Shown here in pieces: positions 23,801-31,272 of a stretch of 31,272 nucleotides of DNA. Under the pieces are notes generated by a model, which saw only the letters and a program-made list of their open reading frames with translations, had not been told where the DNA came from and did not search any database. Numbering within the stretch: the first letter of the stretch is position 1; each line of letters starts with the position of its first letter. Location: contig CAXIUT010000156.1 in the NCBI GenBank assembly GCA_964035545.1, forward strand, positions 29,163 through 60,434, in the 5' to 3' direction. The position numbers were made by a program, and so were the translations under genes. The DNA comes from Bugula neritina. Lineage: Eukaryota > Animalia > Bryozoa.

Positions 23801-26800
23801 TCATAGGGTCAAGAACATCAAAGTCATTCCCAAAAGCCATAGATATTCAAGTGAAGGCTCAAAGTTGATATCAACTATTAACATTTGTAGAGTTTGAGCT
23901 GAAATAAAACTTATTGTTGATGACAGAGCTGTAATTGATGGATCTTCTACTGTACAGAAGTAGAAGAAAGTATAAAGTGTATTCGAACTAAGCCCGTTGA
24001 ACTAGAAGGTAGTGTTGTAGTTCTGGTTAGTATGAATCATTTGAACAGCTGTCAAGTTTTGAGTTTATGAAAACTTTCCATTCTTAATGCTAGCAGCTTA
24101 AGGAATGGTCATAGTTTCGGAATTAAAAACTCCCTCAAAGGCTCCGATAATGATAAATCCATTCATATTAGTAATAGAGGCAGAAACACCAACAGAAGTA
24201 AGACCTGATAGTGGCTAGCCAATCGTCATAGTAGGAGTTGTGAATATCTGGATATCAGTTCTAAATAATGATTTATGTACGTTTGCATTTGAACTAATGA
24301 TGGTAGAGAAATGTAATTATTTGTACTTGTAATGATTGAAGTGGCTTGGGTACTGAGGGAAAGTTGATTTCTGATATCTGTGTTGGTGCTGTCACTTGGC
24401 AAGGTATAATCTGGCATGATGTAGAAGCCATAGATATACCACCCGTTTGAATCAGGTTCATTGAGGATAGTTGCAGAGCCATTACTGTAAAAAGTGAAAG
24501 GAGTGCTTCCACAATATGACATAGCTTCTGTGAGGACTCTTGTATTTGGTATGATGAAGCTTTGAGCTAGTGAACAAGCAAGGTCATTGTACTGATCATA
24601 GGTGATGGCTCCTCTGAAGGTTATTTCTACTTTCATGAGATAAGCTCCATAGTTTAGAGTGGTGAAGTTGATGCTTTGACTGTCTGAGACATGTCCTAGT
24701 TGATTGACACAGAAGTATTTGAAGATGTAGTTAACATTCGATTGTAAGTTATAAAGAGACTTGCTGACGACTTGCATGGTAGTACCTTGTCTAAATCCAT
24801 AAACTTTGGCAAAGTAATCATCAGACTAAGTAAAGTTGGTCAGTAGTCCATTTCCTCCTGAAACGATTCTGGCTTCGAAGTCGACTTGTTGATTATTCAA
24901 GATTGAAGGGTAAATACCAATACCCCAATAGATTCTACTTGATTGACTGCATTGAAGTTGGAAAGTCGCTGTATTAGTTGATAAAGTAGGACTATTGAGA
25001 GCTGTACCGGTTGGAGTGTTTTGGAAAGTGGTTGCATCTACTAGAGTCAATGTAAAAGTCGATATAGCTGAATAGAAGGCTGCATTAGTACCTGTTATAC
25101 CAATAGTAGCTGTTACTGAGTTGCCAGCGATTAAAGAACCTGAGTTAGGAGCAGTATGTTTAAGAATGAAGTAAAGCTTACCATCAACTGAAGCACTAGA
25201 GAAGTATAGAGTCGAAAGATCAGTGTTAACTGAAAATTGATTGCTCCCTGTACCTGTAAAAGTCACAGTAAAGTTGATCGAGTCAGTAGGGATACAATTG
25301 ATGCCATCGATAAGAATAGGAAGAGTCATACCTCCAATAGGTAGAGTGTAAGTACTAGCATCAGTAGTTAAGGTGCATTAAGTATTTTGAACAACAAGAG
25401 TTAGTGGAGGTATGTTAGTATAAACATTGTTGGTATCTCCTGATTTTGTGAACTGAAGTGTGTAGAGTCCAGGAGTAGTAGCTGCATCCTTAGCTGCTAA
25501 TCTGAAATAAGCAGTCGGCTTACCAAGAGTAACATCTAGTGTTTCCAAAGATAAAAACTTATCTGCATAGTTAGAAATAGTCAGAGAAAGAGTAGCTTTG
25601 AAGTTTGCTGGGAATATGCTTTGTCTTAACTCAACTACTGTCCCATAGTATCCTTGTTGGACAGTGATAACTTGATTTTCCAAAGAGTTCAAAGTATACA
25701 AAGAATCAGTGATCATTAAAGAGTAATGATTCCAACTCAAGGAAACCAATGCAGGATTAGTAGTAAGTGTTAGATACTGTGAGTGGTCAGTAAAAGTGTA
25801 ATGTGATACAGTTTGTTAGCTAGATCCAGCCAAGAACAACTTGAAACGATATTGATTGAACTTTCCTGAAGGAACTGCTGCTGGCGTATTGATGTTCATA
25901 AGAGTCAAAGTGAAAAATTGATTAGTAACTGATCCAACTGTAACCTTCAATATTCTTTGAGAGATAAAGGCGCAATCCGAAGCTGAATTAGTAGCTACTC
26001 CTGTAGCATTGAATGCACAGTACATATCAGTAGCTACTGACGGGTAAGTTGCACCGATAGTTTGAGAACGTTCGATCCACTGAGCATATGAAGCAGGGAA
26101 AAGAACATATATCTAAGTACCTGAAGTAAAGACACTAGGAGTGATCATATCTAGTTTAATAGTAATCGTTTGAGAAGAGAGAATGTAGTTGCTAGTCACC
26201 TCTGTTTCTAGGATAGTAAAGTCTGTGGGAGTGGTACTTCCTGGAGCTACATCACTAAACTACTGAGAAGCTGCTACTCCATTACTATACATACTATCGT
26301 CATCAATGGTCACTGTTATTTTTTGATTCGAACCAATGTCTCCACTTTTGGGCTGATCTATATTATAGATATCAATGTAAAAGCTATCTCCAGCAGTTAT
26401 TGAGTTCAAGTTATTCCAAACCATTAGTTGCCACCAAGTATTAAACGAACAGTAGGTATATTGAGCAGCTGAATCATTCATTGCTGACTCTGTTCTTATG
26501 TAACACTCTACTACTCCTTAGTTGTCAAGATAAGGACTAAGATTCATATGGAAATCGAAATAGAAACGAGCTGAAGAATTAAGATCAACTGGAGATGATA
26601 TTTAGAAAGAGTAAAGAGCCTTCATGCCAATAGTCTTGAATCTTCTAGCATTAAAACTGATACTAGCTGTAGTTGGTGCTGCTGCACTCAGAGATAGAGA
26701 AGAATACTGGATAATAGGAGCTGTTTGAACATCAATGTTTGCATCTCTCCATTTAGAACTCATATTAGTTTCATTAATGCCTGTAGGAATGCCACCTCCA

Positions 26801-29800
26801 TAACAGTTCATCTGGTAGACTATGCTTGACGGGTTACTTATCTATTGTTTAGGTGTCAAAGTCACTGATGCAAAATTATTTAGAGTTATTGTCTTCCATG
26901 CACTTGATAGACTTAGAGATGATGAGCTAGTTCCTTAAAATACCATACATCTAAAATTAGATCGAATTTTATAAGGATTATAGTTTGGAGTATTCAAGAA
27001 TCCAAAGTTAAACAGGTAAGTTGAAGTTGAGAAAAAAGCATCTCTATAACTATTGGCTCCAAATATAAATGATAAAGAAGATCTCACTGTATTTTGATTA
27101 GACTGAAAAGTAAGACTGTTAAGATTGCTTGTAGTTCCATAAGGGGTAATACCTACTGTAAAACTGCTAGAACATTAACAATAATAATTTGCAGAACTGT
27201 AAGTATTGCCGAAAGGAGCATAATATCCAATATTACTATCATAAGTTGGTAGCCTGACTGTCGCTGTATAATCAGCCGCAACTCCAAAGGTAGAACCTAC
27301 AGAAGCATAAATATTCATTTCAAAGTATGTAATAGTAGTGATTCCTGTTCCTGTATACTGCAATTCAGCTTGAAAAGTAGAAGATGAGGTTGATCGCACA
27401 ACACATGTTAGCTATGTGTTAGAAGTATCACAAAAATTTTTCATGGAAATACTACTACTACTTACTGTTGTAGATGGAATTGCAATATATACTCTAAAAC
27501 TAGGATAACCTCCATATCGAGTGTCACTTAATGGGATTGCTGGAACTGTGAAAGTAAAAGTTGATCTTTGATTTCCTGAAGAAGAAGGGTTATATGTTTG
27601 TAACTTAGCAGTTGTGCAGTTTCTGAGAAGAGTGCTAATACCTTGCGTTTAATGACGATATGCTCTAAGATAGCCAGCTTGATTAGAATAAGCATAGGTA
27701 AGAACTCCTCTAAGACTAAAACTGTTGGTAAAAACTAGAGGATATTGAGGATTGATAAAATCTATATTGGCTGCAGTTGATTGTATATTAAAGGTTGCAT
27801 CTATAGGGCAAAATGCAGTATAAATCCACTGTCCATTTTTATAAACATTAGATCCTGGAGATTATATTTAGTTGTAGACATAGCCAAATATAGTACAAGT
27901 TGTAGCTGTATTTTACGGTGGAGTAGCCCAACTAAGTGTAGATGAAGCAAAAATATTGAAATGGAAGGATGTAAGAGTATAACCTGCACCAAAAGTATCT
28001 CCAAAAGTATTAGAATTATCACTATTAGAATATGTAAAAGTATTATTTGTCGGGTTGCTGTACATATTTGTGGTATTAAGTCTCAAATTAAAAGATCCAT
28101 ATGAATAATAGTAATAGCTAGACATTTCAGTGGTTGGAGTTGATGTAAGTTTTGACAGACCATTGATTGAAGTTAAAGCACCAGTCACAGATCCTGTTAT
28201 AACAGGTCCGAACAGACGATAGACTGACAAAGTGTGTAGTAAGCCTGTAGCTGTGCCTACACTATAATTCCGAGTGAAGAAGGCGATAGTGAGATACTTG
28301 GGAGGGTTTCTAAGATCTTTATCAGGAGTGACAGGCACAAGAATGTTGAATTCGTTCTGAATGGGTGGTAAGTCGTAAACTTGAACCTGTCTGCTTACTA
28401 GCCAGTTGTCCATTCTTGTATTTGTGAGACCTTTATTGGGAAAGTAGCTGCAAGTTCCAGTCGAGCAGCCTACAGCCCATGAACTACCTGTCTAGGTGTA
28501 GAATGTCTGTGCATCAACGTTGTCATCAAAGAAAATGCCAATAGCTGTGGCCTACAAGCTCTCAGCTGGAAGTACACCTCCACCGATTCGAACCATCATC
28601 GGTATTCTAACACCTTTATTATAAGAGTAAGGAGTATTCGAGTCATCATAGTAGTTCACGTAAGCAGCTTTGATGTTTTGCATTCTGGCTCCGGTCATTG
28701 TGTAGGCATTGATGAGATTGTAGGATATTATCTGAGAACCGTGTTTAAATATAAACAAGAAATCAAGTAAGTTTTTATCTGCATAGATAGGACTGTGATA
28801 TCCTGTAGGCAAGACGACTTGACGCATCGACATGACTGCTGCTGCTTGGTCTGAAGAGCCAGTGCCATAGCCTGTAAACATATTACACTAAGTTGCACAG
28901 TTACTAGTACAGGCTGGCGATGGAGTGGAAACGTAGGTCGTTCCACATTGGAACTTGTACATTCCATACCAGTTAAGGTCATCAGTAGCTGCAACAATCG
29001 ATTTAGTATTATGCGAAGGTGTGTCATTGTTGTACTTCTAGCATACTACAGTATGGAAAAAACAAGGTGACCCAGAAATACTCCAAGCTGAACTACTAGT
29101 ATGGTAACCTACAAAGTCAAGACCTCGACCTGCACCTGATGTCTAGAAATCTATTACCATGCTATTGAACATTAACTAGATAGTATAGTCAGTTGCTCCA
29201 TTGCTTCCAGATATATCAGCAGTAGTTGTTTTAAGAAGGAATAGTAACTGTTGAGAAACTCCTAAGTCAGGAATGACTCCTACTGAGGAGTTAGTGCCTG
29301 TCATCAATCCCTGAATAGCATTGGCTGTTGAAGACAAAGTGTTATCATCATAGTATGAAACTACTTGAGCATTACCTATAGACCTTGTAGTTGTACTATG
29401 ATAACCTGAAGTGTCAAGAAACTCTTGACTAAATTGAATAACAGTTTATTCACCACCGAGAGCAGTGTATAAAACTGGAGTGTTGATTTGATTTCCATCA
29501 GTATCATACACTATAGGCTCAATAGAGATGGCACCGAAAGTAGAAATAGGAGAAACAGTCGTTGATTCGAAAAAGGCTTTTCCTGATACAAAATATCTAT
29601 ATTCAGTGTTTATAAAAGCCCCTACGTTTTTGCATGCTATCCTTTTGTTCGATGTATCATACGAACAAAAGACAGTAGTGCCAGTGAAAGCAGGTAAGTT
29701 ATGTGCGATCGAACCTTCAGCTACTCCTGCTGCTTCAAGAGTAACATAGACTATGTACCTTCCGGCGATAGGAGATGTTTCTGTGAAACTAAATCCGATA

Positions 29801-30879
29801 TTGAATGAGTTGTAAGGTAGAATGTTGGGACTAGATTCAGCTGCCATGAATAGTGGTAGAGCTGTAGTAATCGTACTAACAGTAAAGTTGCCTTATATTC
29901 CCCAAAAAAGTTGAATTCTAGGTCTAATTGTATTGATGCTGATCTTGCTTACAGTTAGTGCATTATTTTGAATTCCATTTTCTAGCACTCTTCCAGAAAT
30001 AGATTCAGTCCAGAAAACCTTTATTCCTCTTATCGAATAGTAAGCTGGGTTGTTGATCGAAGTCGATATTCTGAGATCTGTTCCAGCAGTGACAGATTCC
30101 ATAGAAAAAGTTATTGTCGATAGATCTGATGAAATACTACAGAATTGAAGAACAGCTGCACTGCTACTAGTAGTAGCTGCTGACTGACAGAGTCCCATAA
30201 ATGAAAAGTCTATTATAGATGTTCCAGTAGTATTTTGAGTTCCATCCAAACTATCATAGTAAATCTCGACTGTGAAGTTTCCTCCAGTTGGACTCGTTTC
30301 AGTAGGTGTGATATATATATCATAAGAGTAGATGGCTGAAGGAACAGATGCTTGAGTACTTGTCGAGTTACAGACCACAGCTAGAGTGTTAGTGCTTGCT
30401 AGAGGAGCAAGGATATCTACATGTCCAAAGGCCATGTTGGAGTCATAGATTATATTATGTGAGTTATAATCTGAAACTACTAAGAGCTGGATAAGGTGAT
30501 TGATAGGAGTAGTTCCTGGATTCCTGTTAGGAAAAACCTGAATCTCATACCAGACATTTGGCTACATAGCGAACCCAAGAGTCACATGATATGTAGTCGA
30601 CCCAACTGTGTTTTCGTTGACACAAGTAGAAGTGGCTACTTGCAGACTGTTAGAGAAAGAGATAAGGTTGACTGTAACTTATGTTTTCACAGTTGTGTGG
30701 ATTTGTTCAGGCCAGACGAAACGAATGTAGTCTGATGCTCCAATTCCTTTTTCTAGAGAAAGGTAGAGTGAGTAGTAGTGAGGATGACCATCATGGTTAT
30801 AGTGAACTTTAGGAGGGGAAGAGTAAATGTGAGAAGTGCATACCCACAATACTAGCAAGAAGATAATCACTTTCTTCAT
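23801..30879 (-). CDS. Giant secreted Ser/Thr-rich, beta-rich surface protein with hydrophobic C-terminus (GPI-signal-like), 2352 aa, 2 exons
   Basis: Signal peptide MKKVIIFLLVLWVCTSHIYS. Twelve ORF-track fragments share one frame. Intron 24261-24280. Ends ...EYLWLLGMTLMFLTL-TGA at 23803-23801. Gaps between fragments were only partly checked for TGA. Confidence 0.9.
24261..24280 (-). other. Spliceosomal intron, 20 nt (GTACATAAATCATTATTTAG)
   Basis: GT..AG. Removal bypasses the TGA at 24226 and adds about 150 codons ending in a hydrophobic tail. Confidence 0.9.
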
Positions 30880-31179
30880 GATAAGCGACTTATTAAATAT
30901 ATCAATTATATTTAACTCATATCGAATCATCATAAAATAATTAGCAAACTATCAAATTCAAGAGTATTATTTCATAAGTCAAAAATATGATTAAAAAACG
31001 AGATATTTTATCAAATAATATGGAAAATGGTACAGAGAAAATTCTATCTTCTCTCTTAGAAATAAAAATAAAATAAAAAATAAACATTTTCATTAATCAT
31101 GATGAGGATTAATTTTATAATTTTTTTAATGATAATTAATATAAAAAAATGAATTATCTAATCAAATTGTTTCGATAAA

Positions 31180-31272
31180 GGGGTTGGGGTTGGGGTTGGG
31201 GTTGGGGTTGGGGTTGGGGTTGGGGTTGGGGTTGGGGTTGGGGTTGGGGTTGGGGTTGGGGTTGGGGTTGGG
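31180..31272 (+). repeat. Telomere, (GGGGTT)n, right chromosome end
   Basis: Perfect G4T2 repeats, 93 bp, to the end of the window. Confidence 0.98.

Noticed and set aside
2283-30735. Antisense or off-frame ORF-track entries (2283-2522, 3110-3382, 4237-4500, 7173-7433, 10082-10273, 14821-15015, 18536-18940, 19667-19891, 20489-20809, 21230-21415, 24294-24512, 27801-28022, 28728-29027, 29528-29749, 30496-30735)
   Set aside because: They are shadows of well-supported genes in another frame or strand, with no independent motifs.
368-30879. Genes appearing as pseudogenes full of stop codons, or needing the standard ciliate code (TAR=Gln)
   Set aside because: TAA/TAG fall at conserved Glu positions and frames stay open to a TGA. 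Gln would break DLAGSER and ERPVFLRE.
30880-30933. Upstream ATGs extending the giant protein (MMIRYEL...)
   Set aside because: The signal peptide begins at MKKVIIFLL (30879). The extension is AT-rich, UTR-like sequence.

Overview
This is AT-rich ciliate macronuclear DNA, not prokaryotic. It has (CCCCAA)n at the left end, (TTGGGG)n at the right end and a third, internal (CCCCAA)n tract at 10276-10380. The supplied ORF track is fragmented because TAA and TAG are sense codons here. Conserved motifs (kinesin DLAGS*R, K*GININ, NY**SLNTL; ABCG TPR*, F-x-x-*RPVFLRE; UBXN11 *M*) show that both encode glutamate, with TGA as the only stop. This matches the peritrich-type nuclear code (NCBI table 30) rather than the usual ciliate Gln code. 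Re-translated by hand, the window holds 13 tightly packed genes: importin-alpha-like, ABCG half-transporter, KIF21-like kinesin-WD40, bL25-like ribosomal protein, a truncated B-box/SPRY-like protein, three tandem paralogs sharing an unrecognised motif, UBXN11-like SEP protein, a basic unknown protein, a 2054-aa Cys-rich multipass membrane protein, a coiled-coil protein and a 2352-aa secreted, probably GPI-anchored protein. All six introns found are exactly 20 nt (consensus GTAHWT-N8-ATWTAG). Region 10276-31272 reads as a complete ~21-kb telomere-to-telomere minichromosome. Region 1-10275 is the left arm of another chromosome, broken mid-gene and probably joined artefactually. All translations and family assignments are by eye; no searches were run.
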